From Glycera tridactyla (taxonomy: Eukaryota), in contig OZ286461.1 in NCBI GenBank assembly GCA_965644265.1, forward strand, positions 95,542,001 to 95,606,000: DNA of 64,000 nt, in the 5' to 3' direction. Each line of letters starts with the position of its first letter. Position 1 is the first letter of the stretch. Below are positions 13,334 through 28,300 of the stretch, in pieces. The notes under the pieces were generated by a model. That model searched no databases, was not told the DNA's origin, and saw nothing but the letters and a program-made list of their open reading frames with translations. Made by a program: the position numbers and the translations under genes.

Positions 13334-16300
13334 TTACTGTCTGTCTGTCTGTTCGTCTGTCTGTCTGTCTGTCTGTCCCTCCGTCTGTCTGTCTGTCCCT
13401 CTGTCCGTCTGTCTGTCTCTCTCTCTCTCTCTTCTGTAATTGGAATTTCAAACTCACCAATCAAGAGAAAGGAATCTCAAAGTACCATAGGCATGCTGTG
13501 AGATCTGCTGTAGTGTGAAATGAATGTGCACCTTGGAGAATGGAAGTACCGCCACAAACATTGCACACTGTACAAAGCATCGAGTGAAAAACAAAAACAA
13601 AATGGGCAGCGCACCAATGGTGAGAATACTCCCAGAAACCATGTACCTCTGTTAAAAAAGACCCAATGCGAAACCTTTTCAAAAAACGTGAATGGGATTG
13701 AAATTAATCAATTACTTCTTTCGGCATGCAATGAAGGTATATTAACTTCCACCTGTGTGATCTAAACTATTTGGCTTTATGCTGATAACTTGGTTCTCGT
13801 TGAATCATGATAAACAATGAGAGTGTTTAATGAGGGAATTACTACAGTCATATCATTTTTTGTATGAGATTTTGATAATATCCTGTCCTAATACGTATCA
13901 TATTGTCAAAATAAGCATGCTTCATTGAAAAAGGGGCAGCTGGCTCCAAACTTACAGAAGAGTAAATCTAGTAGCAACAGGTAGCAACATAGAACCTAAC
14001 GTGCATTTTGTGCTGTGCCCCAGATTTCTGGATGGCCAGTTGCCCATTGTGGATGAAAAGTGGATTGGGAGAAATAATCGCCCTTCATTTGCATACCGTG
14101 ATGTCAGATATATCACAAAGGGCATCTTTTGCCAGAATATTTGTCGGAGTATAGTATAAGAGCCGAATGAGCAAATTGATTAAAGGCTGTTGATAGGCCT
14201 GAATCAAGTTGCACATTTGATCCAGAATGCAGAATTCATCATATTCAAACCTACTTCCACTAAATCCAAACACAAGTCCAAAATGTTGAGCACCTGTGCC
14301 CAATCTCAAGTTTTCAGGCTTCCCAGCTAGTTCCCCCATAGGCTACTGGCTCTTTCCAAAAAATTGGATACACTGCACCTAAAGAAGTGCTGATCAAGCA
14401 CGGTATGAAATATGCAATTTTTTTTTATTTATCTATTTTTTTTTGGGGGGGGGGGGGTTATGAAGGATCACGTTCTGACATGAGCTCAATTGCTTTTGGG
14501 CCTAAGTACTATCTCCTATACTTCTGCACTGGGATCCGACATTCGCTTGGAATGAAATGAAAGACAACGCCATGGCGCTCTGCGGTCATATATCACGCAA
14601 AGTTGATAATGTGCATATATACCATATGCTGCGCATGTGCACAGTGCATCGTGCATATTGTTGCATGTAGAATATGCATCATATGCATGCACTGCTGACA
14701 AGCAACACACAAGCTCAGCAAGCACTCCACAAAATCGTCCAGCATTCGCAACTAAAATCTGATTATTCTCCAGAGAAATGTATTTCATGCCATATCAACC
14801 ATATATGATTCATATCAAAACTCAATAGTGTGACTGACTTCTACAGGAACTATCGAACCTGGCCTGCCATGATTTGTTCATGTTGAGCCAGATTTCACCA
14901 GATGAGCTGATTCGTTGATGTAGAACAAAAATGTTAGGGTTGAATCTTGTACTTTAGAAAACCCTAAATGTCACTGATAGGAACACTTGAATACTATGGA
15001 TTGAATGTGTGACTGTGATGTTTCAAATACAGTGTATATAAATAAATGACTGGTTTGCAAGATGGTTTGTTTGTTGAATGGCTTGGATTTACAGTCCCTT
15101 TAAGCAATAGCTGGATGAGCAACTGTGGTCTCCACGTTCAACTCCAGACTTCTCTCTCTGTCTCATGTTTATAACAAATGGCACAAAACAAAATGCAAAT
15201 TCTCATCATCATTGATATGTCGATATTGACATGAATGTGGATGCGGTGATTGAGAGTGGTCAGTCTATAAATGCAGCAAAGACTCGAAAACATCTGAAAG
15301 AGCAATGATTCATCTTGAAACACCATTCAGACAGTACAGTGCAGTGATTTTGTCCAGACATATTCAAACTCCCTGACAAGAATTCCCAAGAGAATCCTAC
15401 CCTAGTGCTATAGAAGAGGGAAGCTAAGAATTCTACATGAATTATCAAGAGACAATCTTGTTATTCATCCAAAGGGCCTCAGTTCATAGGAGTCCAAAGA
15501 ACGAGAAGAGTTATACTAGTAGTGGGAGATCCAGACTATTGATTGAGGGCACTAGACACTATCTCCTTGGCTTTGGATACTAATCCTAGTGCATCAATGA
15601 GGATCAAAAAGTATGATGAATACATATCAACTTATTATTGAACCAAAAATTGTTGAGATGATCCGAATATTTCAACAGATGTTCTAGCAAACCTGATCAC
15701 ATGATGGAGTAACAATTGTCCACTATCCAGCAGCAGTGGGTGCTTTTTCCTTTGGTCAGCAGTACATTGGCTATATCAAGACACACATGTAAAAAGTGAG
15801 TATGGGGTCATTCATGGTTTCTCCACCTTATTGCTACATTGAGACCCCCATGCAATAAGCATGGCTGAGTTCATTCATGGTTGCCCCTGATCCCTTCCAT
15901 CACATGATTCTGAGTAATTGACAGCTTCTGTTCCATCATGTGACTGAAGTATTACAGTTGTTTGCTGTTTTTTGTGACACCTGTTTTTCTCAATTCATTC
16001 TCCAGAACCAACAATGCTGATTGTTTTTTTTCAAAAGACGTATTGTAAAGTTGTTATCGTTCCAGATAGAATTCGATGAAAATGAATAATTTTGCAAATA
16101 GAAATGGTTGGATTCAGCGTGAATAATATATCACTTTATACTTTGATATGACATGCCATTCTATTATACTATCAAGAGCAGGAGATAGCTGTCAACAATC
16201 ATCAATCCAAAGAAGACCTATATGTATTCATCATAAAACATCTCTCAGAGAAGAAACCACTCTATAGTCTACAGAATCAGAATATGTCAAGGAACAGAGT

Positions 16301-19300
16301 GAGACCTCACTACATCTACACTGTCCTTTCGTCCAGAATCTAATTTTATCCAGTGCTATATTGTCATACTATATCACACAGGGCAAAATGTTATGTGACA
16401 TATAATCATACTGTTATCTGTTTCTTCGGTCCAAATATTAGAGGTTACCCCTGAGTTTGATGATACAACCTGAAATCACGGTACTACTAGGGAAAGACAA
16501 GACTTATCTTAATTTCATTGTGCTCAGCTTTACTGCATGGCTGGCAACTGGTCTACAGGATATAGCATCTACATAAGCAAGTATTTATTGCCAACTATTT
16601 AGCAACTGTTAATGAGGGGGAAATTAGAGGGGAAGGCTTATATCTTATCATTTTGCAAGAATTTATGTTTTTCGAAGATTTCAGTATCTAATAATCTGGT
16701 CAACTATTCATGAGATGAGGGTTGCTCTGCATCTTTTGCGAATCATACATTCTGGGGACTCAGGATGACACTCTATTAGAGCAGTGGGTCCATATCAGAC
16801 AATTTTTTTTCGAAATAGAAAGCACATGTAATTTTCATCGGATACTTGAAAATTGTGAGTGAAATAAAAAGTCAGTTCGAGGATTCCAGTCTGTGAAAAT
16901 GTGAACAAAAAATTATTCGCTTTCTCAAACTACAAAAACGTAAGTGTGAGATAAAAAAGTGAAAAAGAAGAGGCCCATTCAGTAAGTTGTGCTGGTGCTG
17001 TCAAATTAAAACCATGGTAAACCTCTGACAGGGTTCACGATCATTCACTTACCGTAATGCCCTATATTCATTCAAAATAAGAAATTGTGGACCAGGTTAT
17101 TTCAAAATTCAAGCAAAGTTACCATATCTGGTAAAAAAAAAGACTAATAGAACCAAATGCATGTTATCATGAAAGATCACATTTCTTGAGTCAGTACTGT
17201 GTGAGTTACAGTCTCATCTGAGGATCTGAACATAAAAATCTGACAATTCTGAATTTTGTGGAATATTAGGTCCAAATAGTTGTCAATATTATATAAACAA
17301 TACTCGTTCTTGATTGTGGAGTGTGCAATATGATATCATTCCCATACTGCACATCCCAATGAAAACGGGATACTGTGTTCTCATTTCTGTCTCATCCAAT
17401 GAAGGGTATCTGCAAACCAACTGTTTCAATGTGCACAACATAAAAAAAAACAAATTCTTCAATATACTCAATGTAGAAAAACCAGATTCTTCAATGGGCT
17501 CAAAGTAGAAAGAACAAGTTTTTCAATGTCCAAAATGGAGAAAAATCAATTCTTTCAATGCTCACACTGTAGAATAAAATCTTTCAATATTCTCAATACA
17601 GAAAAATCAAATCTTCGAAAATGCACATCTTCCAATGTGTACTAATCTTCCAATGTCCACTGAGTCGAAATATCAAATCTTCCTACATGTACATTGTTGA
17701 AGGCTCTGGGTGAGATGCATTTAGATATGATCCGATTAACAACATCTGATAGTTGGGCAGTCCAAGCTTATTTTCTGTAATATCATGCAAATATCTACTC
17801 CGTAATAACGCCAACGATGCTGCTATCCATATGAAACTTGAAACTACATTGTATTCACATTCAGGACAAGTTGCCATGCACTCATCAGATCTGGATGCCT
17901 CTAGAGCTGTTCTACATAGCATTTATAAGAGCAGACATCAGCTCATGATATGGTTTCCTCTCAGCCTTTCCAGGTGCCAAGCTGAACTGATATCTTCAGA
18001 TCACCTCAAAAACCAAACTGCAATTTGAATGTGCCCACTTCAAGGAGTCATTGTGACTCACTCAGCACATCTGTATCTCAATATATTATTGTGACTTGTT
18101 ATTTCTGCTCAGACAGAAAATTGGTATGACACCATGTGATATCAAATTTCATTAATCTAAGGCATGGCTTTTTTGAGGAACAATGACCAAACTATCATAA
18201 ATAGTACTGGATGTACAGATACAAAACAGATAATGATAAAATAATGGGGAAGATATGTTAATTGTATGGCAGATGCTGACATGTAAATATGGAATTCATT
18301 TCATGATGATTTGTGGTGACTATGTAAACAGGAAAAAGTAAACATGATTTCAAGAAAACACCACTGACTGCATCTCTATATATCAATTTTGATGTTAAAG
18401 TGTTGGATTTTGAATCAATATCTCCCAGAAGTAACCTACTTGCAAGTATGCAAATGATTACCTGATATCTTGACAATCGCTTACCATGACATCAGATCTG
18501 ATCTGAAGTTCGAAGGCTGTAATCTGGTGGATGTAAATTCCAAGCATCATGTGTGGAAAAATGAATTATAATTTTCCGAAAGCAGCAGGGTGCTCAGATT
18601 TTCAAAAAATGAAATTATTTGCCAGATCTTAACCAAGTATTTAAAAAGGGATACAAAATCAATTTCCCTCACCATTATGAAAAGTTAGTGGACATAGGCA
18701 AACATAAGCTGAAACTGGACACCCTGCTGGCCTATCCTGGTTGTGGAGGTCATTTGAGAGGGATGAAATACCCCTCGCAAATTCTAGGAGCATCGATATG
18801 GTGGCAGGTATACTCACGCCATATGTTTGAGAGGCAGTTCCAACCAGTGATGTCTTGAGACTGATAACTCCAGTCCATGGGTCGATGCTGAATAGATTCA
18901 GAGCAAGATCTTCCCCAATCAATGTGTAGTTCACCAGACTGTTCAGTCCCTATCATGAGAAAAAACACACCAAGATGCATTACACAGCAGGAAAAAAGAT
19001 GATCAACATGTCAGAAAAGAACAAGATCTATCGTGAAATTATTCGCTCAGAAACCACTCATAATGAACCACATGGTTTTTAAGCATGTGAATAACCAATG
19101 TACTGATGTATCATGACAAAGTAAAGTGAAACCTGCACTAAGAGGCTACCCTAGATGTCACTGAAAAAGTGGTCCTACAAGACAGGCAATCCTTCATATG
19201 AAGTATATTTGACAATCTCATACGGAAAATGGAGTCTCTCAAAGGCTGGATTTCATGCATTGATAGTGGAGGGTCAGAATAAGTGGACTGCATGTATGTG

Positions 19301-22300
19301 GAGGCTATGGAAGAGGCCAACCAAATATGGTGAAGAAGTGGAGAAATAGACTGAATTCAGATTTTGATTGTGCTTGGTGGACGGAGATTATGACCATTCA
19401 AGTCAAACCTCTGTTAACGTAGCACTGTGAAGATCAGAGCTCTTAAGGCTGTGACAGAGTCACTGGGCTGAAGAGAGAGTGATAATGCACAATACTTTTA
19501 TGACTGTGAATAAAAGTCGAGCACATTTCTTGCTATATTAGCAATTTTTCTTGAGAGGAAAATCCCATACATACCGGTGGATCCTGGTCTTCAGCAGTGA
19601 TGGTCATCACTGACAAGCTCGGCGTATAGGTGTCAGCAATAGTAGCAACATAGGTATCCTCATTCTGGAAGACTGGCGCATACGTATTGCGTTGTACAGA
19701 AACTGTCACAGTGGCGGTGCCTGTCTGCTGTGGTGTACCTTGGTCTCTTGCCAAAATTCGCAGCTACAGAACAGAAATGCAAACAGTCATTGAAGTAATC
19801 AAAATTAAATTGTCTTCTTTCAGCAAATATAAAATGTATTAAAGTGCTGTTGGTTGATAGTTTTGGGTTCCCAAAAAAGAAGTAACAGGCATGTGTTGAA
19901 ATATCCCACACATGTACCACCATATATAGCTGAACTTGTCCTAAGCAAGAACTTGTCCTAAGCAACAGGATTCTGTTCATCCCACCTGAGTATTTCCCAC
20001 TATATCTGACCTGTACTACACATGAGCTTGCTCTAAGCACACACATTTTTCATGTCCTACTGCTTCATGCTAAGAACAAGTTTGATTGTGCATGTACATT
20101 ATCCCCCCCCCCCCCCCCAACACACACACAACACAAACACACCCACAGAAACACAAACACACACACACACACACCAAATTTAACTCACCTGATACTGCTG
20201 GGTGAATTCAGTATCACTTGTGAGGGCTTTTGCAATGAATATATCACCATTACTGGGGTGGATAAAGAAGTAGTTAGGTGCAGATGCATCTCCCGCAATG
20301 TCATATGTGATCTGACTCTTGGGACCCTGTGAAACAAAAGAACATATCGAAAATCCCTCAGTAACCAAACAACCAAATAGAGGCAAGATCAACCTATAAA
20401 ATTAAATCAACTTTATTCATATATCCACTGGCTTGAGAATTTCAATGATTTACTTTCTCAAAGTTTTATCATTACTCCTACTTGACTTCGATCTACAAAA
20501 TTGACAGCTTGGTTCTCATGAGCTATGATTTGCTGCCTGAAAATTGTTGTCAATCTGATGATCTGACATAGGCTTCTTGGAGTTGACAGCCAAATAACTT
20601 CATATAAAACTGTCCATCGGTTCTATCTCAAGTTTTCACTAAATTCTGAGACACTTGCCACAAATAATCCTTGTTTGATATAAGGCAAATCATGCTGGTT
20701 TTCACTTCACAATCTTCAGTGTTGCATACAAGAAAAACACTCACTGGTAAGTCATTATCAGTGGCAGTGACGCGGGTGATGTTAGAACCAACAGCTTGGT
20801 GTTCCGACACAGATGCACTGTACGTTGTTGGGAAGAATGTCGGCACATACTCGTTACGTCTCACATCAATTGAAACCAGTGTGGATACCTCCATTTCTGG
20901 ATTACCAGTGTCCCACACCACAACCAACAGCTGCAAAGAATAAGAATGATTTCAACAATCAATATAAGCTGTACCTAAAATAGTGTGCACTAACTTTTTC
21001 CATACTAAACTCCTATGATGACCGGCAAATATTTAAAAGGAACTGCAAGTAGATTACCTTGAATATGACTTCAAACAAATACACTTTATTGTCAGAACAT
21101 GTTCTTCATATCACACTTTTGGGAAATTTCTTATTACTTCTGAAGCATGATACAAGAATTTTAGAAATAATTATAACAGATGAACTGAGTGTATATATGC
21201 TGATGTAATCAGACTTATCCCACTGATGATGATATGAGACTAAAAAGCACCTCCATCCCCAGATTCAGAAGTATTCTCAGACTTGAAGCAAATTGATTAC
21301 TGATGATATATCTGAAAATTTCTTGGAATCGTAAAGAATATTGGCTAAAGCAAAGGGCACTGCTGTTGAGGGACTTTCTTTATCCCTCATGAAATAAGGT
21401 GGACCTTACGCGAGCACATGGCAAAGACGAACCCGCATGACTGAACTTAGATAATCTAGTCTATACTACATAATCAATATTACAAAAAGGAAACCTTTCA
21501 GAAAAGTATAATCTCCTCAACAAACCCATAAATTTAAGGATGTGGAGTGATTGACTCCCAGACTTACAGTGTATGTGGTATCAGTGGTGGTGTCCAGTGG
21601 CTGTTTGACATACAAATATCCCGTGTCGCCATCAATGTAGAAGTAATTAGACCCAGGTGCCACACCACGAATCTCATACATGAGTGATCCCTGAAATAGA
21701 AATTATATAAATCACATATATATGTATTACATACACAGCAGTTGATATAAAAAAGTTATAAAATTATATTAGTTATGAATAATTGAAATTTCTATGGTTT
21801 TTGGCAAGATACCATCCAACACCTGGAATAATCATCAACTTTGCAAACACATCGATATTCCATTCCTGATCATAATACCATTTCCTATGTTTGCCAATCG
21901 GAATAGCCTACTGGACTCAAAGTTACTGGCAATGCCTCTCATCATGGCATAAATTTAAATGAGCTCAAAATAATATTGAAGCAAACAATGTTAATCAATC
22001 GAGGGTCATGATTAAAATGAGCAGGGAATAGATATTGACCATGCTTCTCTTGAAATTCTGAATATATCTCTTGAAACCATGATTTTTTCCTTCATGACAT
22101 AGGGGCAGCACAAATTTCTGCACGATTTGTCTTGATTCGCTCGAAATTAATGAAACTATGGAAGTACAATCACTAGGTAAAAATTAGTAGGAAGATAACC
22201 GCATCACAAACCTGCATATCTGGATCTGTAGCAATGATCTGGGTGACGGTGGCATTCGGTTCCATGTTTTCGGAGACAACGACAGAGTATGGTGCACCAG

Positions 22301-25300
22301 TGAACATGGGCGGCTGTTGGTCCCGACTCACATGGACTGTAACGGTTGCATCCGAACTTCGCGAGTTGTTACCATGGTTATCGGTTGCCACGACTCCGAA
22401 CTAGAGAAGAAAACGATGTTAAGATCATCTAGTGTTTGGAACTTCACTGACAGACAAACAGCAGAAGACAAGGGTAGTGTATTGAACCAAGTTCTTGTAG
22501 TTTGATTCCAGAACAGCTTATCTACCTGGCTTTTATCCTTGATTCAGCTTAAATTTCCTTTCTTCCAATAACATCAGGTGCACATCACAGCTTCCAACTG
22601 TCCGACATTGTTACTGAGATAAATCTGAACCTTCATCACAAAATCACCTTTTCTCAAGTCGGTGATGTGACGTACCTAAATTTATCTTTCTTCTGAATAG
22701 TTGGAAAATCGCCATCTCTGTTATAATCAGACTGGTGGATGGTGGATACTCTTACCATGAACAATTCCAAGCTACAAAACAGCAATTAGACAGTAGCTAA
22801 TTCAATTTTGAATATTGATAGGCATGAAACAGAAAGTAATGGAGCATTATTCAGTCAAATAGAACAGCAAATTGATGGTTTGAACAACAAATCATGGTAA
22901 ATCAGGATAGGATCCTGTATTTTGCCAATTATGAGATAGGGAGTATCTTTAATTATACATAGACTCCACTAATATCGACCTTCAATGTCTGCATCAACAT
23001 TTGACATCTCGCATTCAGGCACTGATACTATCCATACCTGAGAGTCGAGGAAATGAATCAATACATAATGTACTCACTGTGTACATGGGGAGAGATGAGT
23101 CTTCAAGAGAACGTCTGAGTGCAACAATTCCATCATCAGGGTTGAGGTAGAAGAATTCAGTGATCTCGTTCACTTCAATAAAGTCATACCTGACAATATC
23201 CTGCAATCAAACAGTCCAAACATATGTCTTACACAAAGTTTACAATAGACTCCCGAATACATTTCTGAAGTGTTTCACTAGAAATCTATCCGGCAATACT
23301 GCCAATGGAGGAGATATTCCAGATTGATTGATACTTATCAAGAATTCCCCGAGTGCCTCGTATGTTGCGAGCGTACATGGTGAGTAGCGATCCCCGGGGA
23401 AGCTCGAGTGGCCGTAGGCCACGAGTGCTTTCCCGCGGATCAGTATGAGGCATGTACGCTCTCAATGTGCCAGGCACGAGGGGATTCTGATCTTATCATC
23501 CAATGAATTCGATTCTAATGCAGTTTATCAATATCAGTGAGTGAATTTACACACTGCGTTACTCACGGCAGTGAATAGTAAGGTTTGTTTAATGCCGTGA
23601 TGCGACAATCGAACATGCGTCACTGCCAGTTGACCTTTGAACTTGATTGTTATACAACCAATCAGCGCTGGTGCACAAACATCATGTGATCTAAGCGCAA
23701 AAAATGAAAATACCAGCTGGGAGCTGGTACGCTCAAGGATAACTGCCAAGCGCCGAGGTGCATGGGAAGACGACGCATGCCAACATGCTAGACTTGACAT
23801 CGGATGATAAAGGACATTTATGCTGTATACATCGATTGTTCATTCCGATAGGCAATGTTTAGAAGAAGTCAAGAGCAGGCTGAAATAAACCAGTTTATCT
23901 TCATTGCTTCAGCCTATTTTTAAACAATTTGATCCAGAAATACATAATTGTTTGCCTTCGTCAGCAGCTTGTAAATACATACAATATCTTTCAGATATAT
24001 CATCCAAAGACGGTATCGTGGATGGCAACACTTTTATGTTGAGATTTTGCAGCTGTTTGAAATAATGCATCACAAGAGTTTTGATCTAAACTCATTCATT
24101 CAGAAGCACTGGTCAACATTTGTATAGACAATTTTCCAAAGTATTCATGGTCAATCATTGGTCAGTTCTATCTAATGATTGATCAATCATACAGTAATCA
24201 CAAATCCCAGATATTCGAGACAACCTTGATTAGCCTAAGGAAATGCAAAAAAATTCTAAATTCAAAGATAAAATCCCCAGATGTGACATTAGTTCACCAA
24301 GGTATGAGATAACTGAAAAGTTTCCAGGCAGTTATGTCAAAATAGTACCTTGTACCAATTTGACAACGATTATGTTACTTACCCCATCATCATCCTCTGC
24401 TTCCACTTGTACAAGTGTATCACCCGGAGGATATGTGGAACTGATACTGACATCATAGTTGGTCTCAGTGAACTGTGGAGCATTAGGATTCCTGATCACA
24501 TTCATGTTGATATCTTCTGTTGCCTGATTGTTTGGGAACAATGAATCATAGGCCTGCACCCGAACCTGGAACAAGGTGGTTATATACCAAGAGTTAGTCA
24601 TTCAACCTGATGATTGCTCATATGAACATGATCCAGAAGAAACCTATCATCAAAAAAATTGACAAAATTTAAGGAGATTGCCAAATAATCTGTGTTAATG
24701 TCTTTCAAGAGATGATTTTCAAATAGCACTTGGTCATTTTGAATCTGACTGGAGCAAAATCAAAATGAAGCGAGAGAGTTCAAAAATCAACATTTATCAT
24801 GATATTTAGGTCATCAATTTCAGGTTAAACCTTCACTGTCACTACATCAGCAAACAGGTGCTTGCTGCTTTTCTGAAAAGAATGGAGTTTTTCTTGAAAC
24901 TAGCTGATCAGAATGTTCAGAGGAAGACACTCACTGTGTATTGTGTGCTGGCAAGGCTGTCAGATCGCAGGCTGTTGCGAATATAGATGGTGCCAGTTGT
25001 ACTGTTGACATAGAAGAAACTCTCAGCTGGATACATACCAACGATGCTGTACATCATTACACCCTGCACAAAGAAACAGATTTTCTTATTCCAGCATGCA
25101 AAGACATGCAAAGGTAGAAGTCTAAAAAAATCAAGATAAAATCACTCTGCCCCTTTAGGGTTGAAATTAGTGGGGCACAAAAATCCAATATGACTTACTG
25201 ATAGGTCCACGTCAGTAGCACGCACAGTGATGACCGATGAGTCGACAGGCTGCGTCTCCATCAGGTTGACATTGTAAGGACCTTGGAAGATGGGTGGATT

Positions 25301-28300
25301 TTCATCTCGGGCAATGTTTACAATCACATTCACCGTTCCAAATTGGGCATCCTCTTCCAAACTGTCAGATGCTTTGACCAATATCTTCAACAGAAAAAGA
25401 AAGTTTTGCGATCAGCCAAAGTTTCACTTAAATCAGACTGACTGATGAAGAACTAAGATAGTACATGTACTTTGACTTTATCGAGCATTGTTATGGTGCA
25501 ATAATATGACATGTAGTATGAGAAGTGAGTAGCTTCATCAGATTTGCACTGAAGTTCTAGCAATGTAGTAGCAATGTTGATGTTGGTATGATAACCTGTT
25601 TGTAATTGTTTATTTCACTTGAGGATTTGCGTTATTCCAAAACTGTCTGCCATGCGTCTAAAAGATTGCAGTGTGCGAACTCCTATTGAAAGTTGCTCAC
25701 TATTGCCACATTTGTTTGTCTCAAAATTAAGCATGAATTGTAATACAGTAACACCTGTCTATAGTGAGAAGTCACGGGCCAGATTTTTCTTTTCACTGTA
25801 GACAGGATTTCACTATATACAGGTCAATTATAGGGGGAAAAAAACGTTCGGCCAGATTTTTCTTTTCACTGGACAGGATTACCCAGTAGCAGGTTTTACT
25901 GTACATTAACTTTCACTCAGAGTAATGATCATGTTAACAGTTTCTGAATATGTAGCACGGCCATTTCAAAAAACTGAAAACTTCCTGGAGTATACAGTGG
26001 CTTTCAGAATCTTGAAAGTGATGAGAATTTAATGACTATGCTTTCGCTTGTGAAAAAAAGACAATGTAGGTGACCGGAACTTACAGAATACTGAGTGTTG
26101 GTGTCATCTTGGACGGTCCTCTTCAGTGATAGGGCACCAGTTGTTGGGTTGATGTAGAAGTAGGTCATGGCAGTCTCTCCACCAATAATCTCGTAGTAAA
26201 TCGTGTCCTGGTAAATATGAAACCATTCAACTCAATAAACATCAATCTATTCGGCCATTGTGTATCTCAAGTAACAATTATGTGAAATACTAAAGGAAAA
26301 TGAAATAATTGAAACTGAATCAAGACCATCCCAAGAGCTGGGTTTGACGGCCTTGGAATTGTTGACTACATTTTGTATTTGTCGATCCCTTAGAGTATCC
26401 AGTTGCAGCTAACAATAGTTAAGCTATCGGATACGGAAACCCATTTTTTTGTCACTTGAGTAGAATATTTGATAGAGAATTTGGCAAATGTTTTCTCTGT
26501 TTGCTCAACTGAACAGCCTGCAGCATATGCATCAAGGGGCTATCAGCCTATCAGCAGCATGTGAAATTATTGGATTTTTTTTTCGCGAATTAGGATAGCA
26601 TCCCCTTCAGCAATCTGAGATAGTGAGATCAGAATGACGTCAACAGACTAAGATGAGCTCCTGTGGTTGTCCGGATATCGTCAATACTTTGACATTGTCA
26701 ACAACTGGCAAACATTTGAACTTGGCCTCAAAGAGATAGCTGACTACAGTCAAACCTGTCTATAAAGACCGCCTTCGGTCACATCAAAAAGTGGTCTTTA
26801 TGGGCAGGTGGTCTTTATAGAGAGGTCATTTACTGTTGAAAATACTACCACGGTTGCAGCTCAGGTGGTCATTATAGAGAGGTGGTCTCTATAGAGTGGT
26901 GGTCTTTAGAGCCGGTTCGACTGTACTTTGTCAATTCTAAAAATTGTGAACATCTTTTCAAATCAGATGATCCACATTTCATTATAACACATATTGGCAG
27001 GAGGTATCTATCATTTGATATCAGTCTATCCAACAGCCCTTATGAGATGAGAAATGGTCCAAGTGATATAATACATACCTCATCAGCATCAGTTGCTGAA
27101 AGATCAATGATGGTTTCACCAAGTGGTTGTGTTGGTGCGATGTTAGCGGCATAACCTGTCTGTGTGAAGATTGGTCGGTTAGCGTTGCGTGCAACTGTCA
27201 CCACCACTGCTGCAGTACCAATCACACCAGGTGTTGCAGAGTCATAGGCTTGCAGGTTGATCTGTAACCAAATGTAGGATGGAGATAAATAAATAATACA
27301 AGCAACGAATACACAGCAGGCACACAATCAAAATATTGGCAATAAGGTTATCAAGAAAATGAATCCAATCATGTTCCTGGATCCACAATTGATGGTGGTT
27401 TCAAAGAAATTTGCTCAGAAACTGATTTTATTCATGAAAATGACTTTTGATTCTGATAATGGACGTTACTTTGTCAGAAACAATTTCATTGTTTCCCATC
27501 CTCATCATGACATATCTCATTGATGGTATTTTTCAAGAACAAACAAGCTATGGTCATCATTTCCCTTAAATATACCTGTCTATCTTCCACTTTCCAGCAT
27601 TTTATGACTTTTCATAGATGAACTTTTGCCTTCTCACTTTTGAAGTCATGTCAGTCACCATCCTCCACACACCAAATCTCACTTCTTTGAATGTTGATAA
27701 AAAATTGATTATAATCAATAAATCAATCAGAATATATCTTGAATAGTTGATTTCCAAAACAGGCACTGATTCCTAGCACTAGTCTGTAGCACCGTGATCA
27801 CTTTACTGGGTGAGTGAGTGAACGAGTGAATGAGTGAATGTATGAGTGAGTGAGTGAATGAGTGAATGAGTGAGTCGGGGAGTGAATGAGTTGTTGGCTG
27901 GGTGAGTGAGTCAGTTGGTTAGTTAGTGAATGAGTGAGTGATTGAATGGATGAGTGAGTGACTAAGTGAGTGAAAGAGTTGGTGACTAAGTGAGTGAGTC
28001 AGTTGGTGAGTGAGTGAGTGAGTGAGTGAGTGAGTGAGTGAGTGAGTGAGTCAGTGAGTGAGTGAGTGAGTGAGAGTTAATAATAATCACATACCGTGTA
28101 AGCGCCCAGTTGTAGACTGTCAAGTTGCAAGTCCCTCATGATGGTGATGACACCGGACTCTGAACCAATCGCGAAGAAGTCAGGAGCTGGGTACTGACCC
28201 ACAATCTTGTACGTCAATTGTCCCTACAAAATAGATCAAGATAGTTTCAGGGGCAGTAAGGAAGGACATGTGTAATACAGCCAAATCTGCTCTTTCGGAT

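Noticed and set aside
12714-13501. Several 60-160 aa ORFs (RQTD/SVCL/CVCV repeats)
   Set aside because: They are translations of CA and CTGT microsatellites.
18929-18940. Alternative acceptor aacag| for e47
   Set aside because: It gives a 121-nt exon and a frameshift; the acceptor 11 nt upstream keeps the frame and the GxN-type loop.
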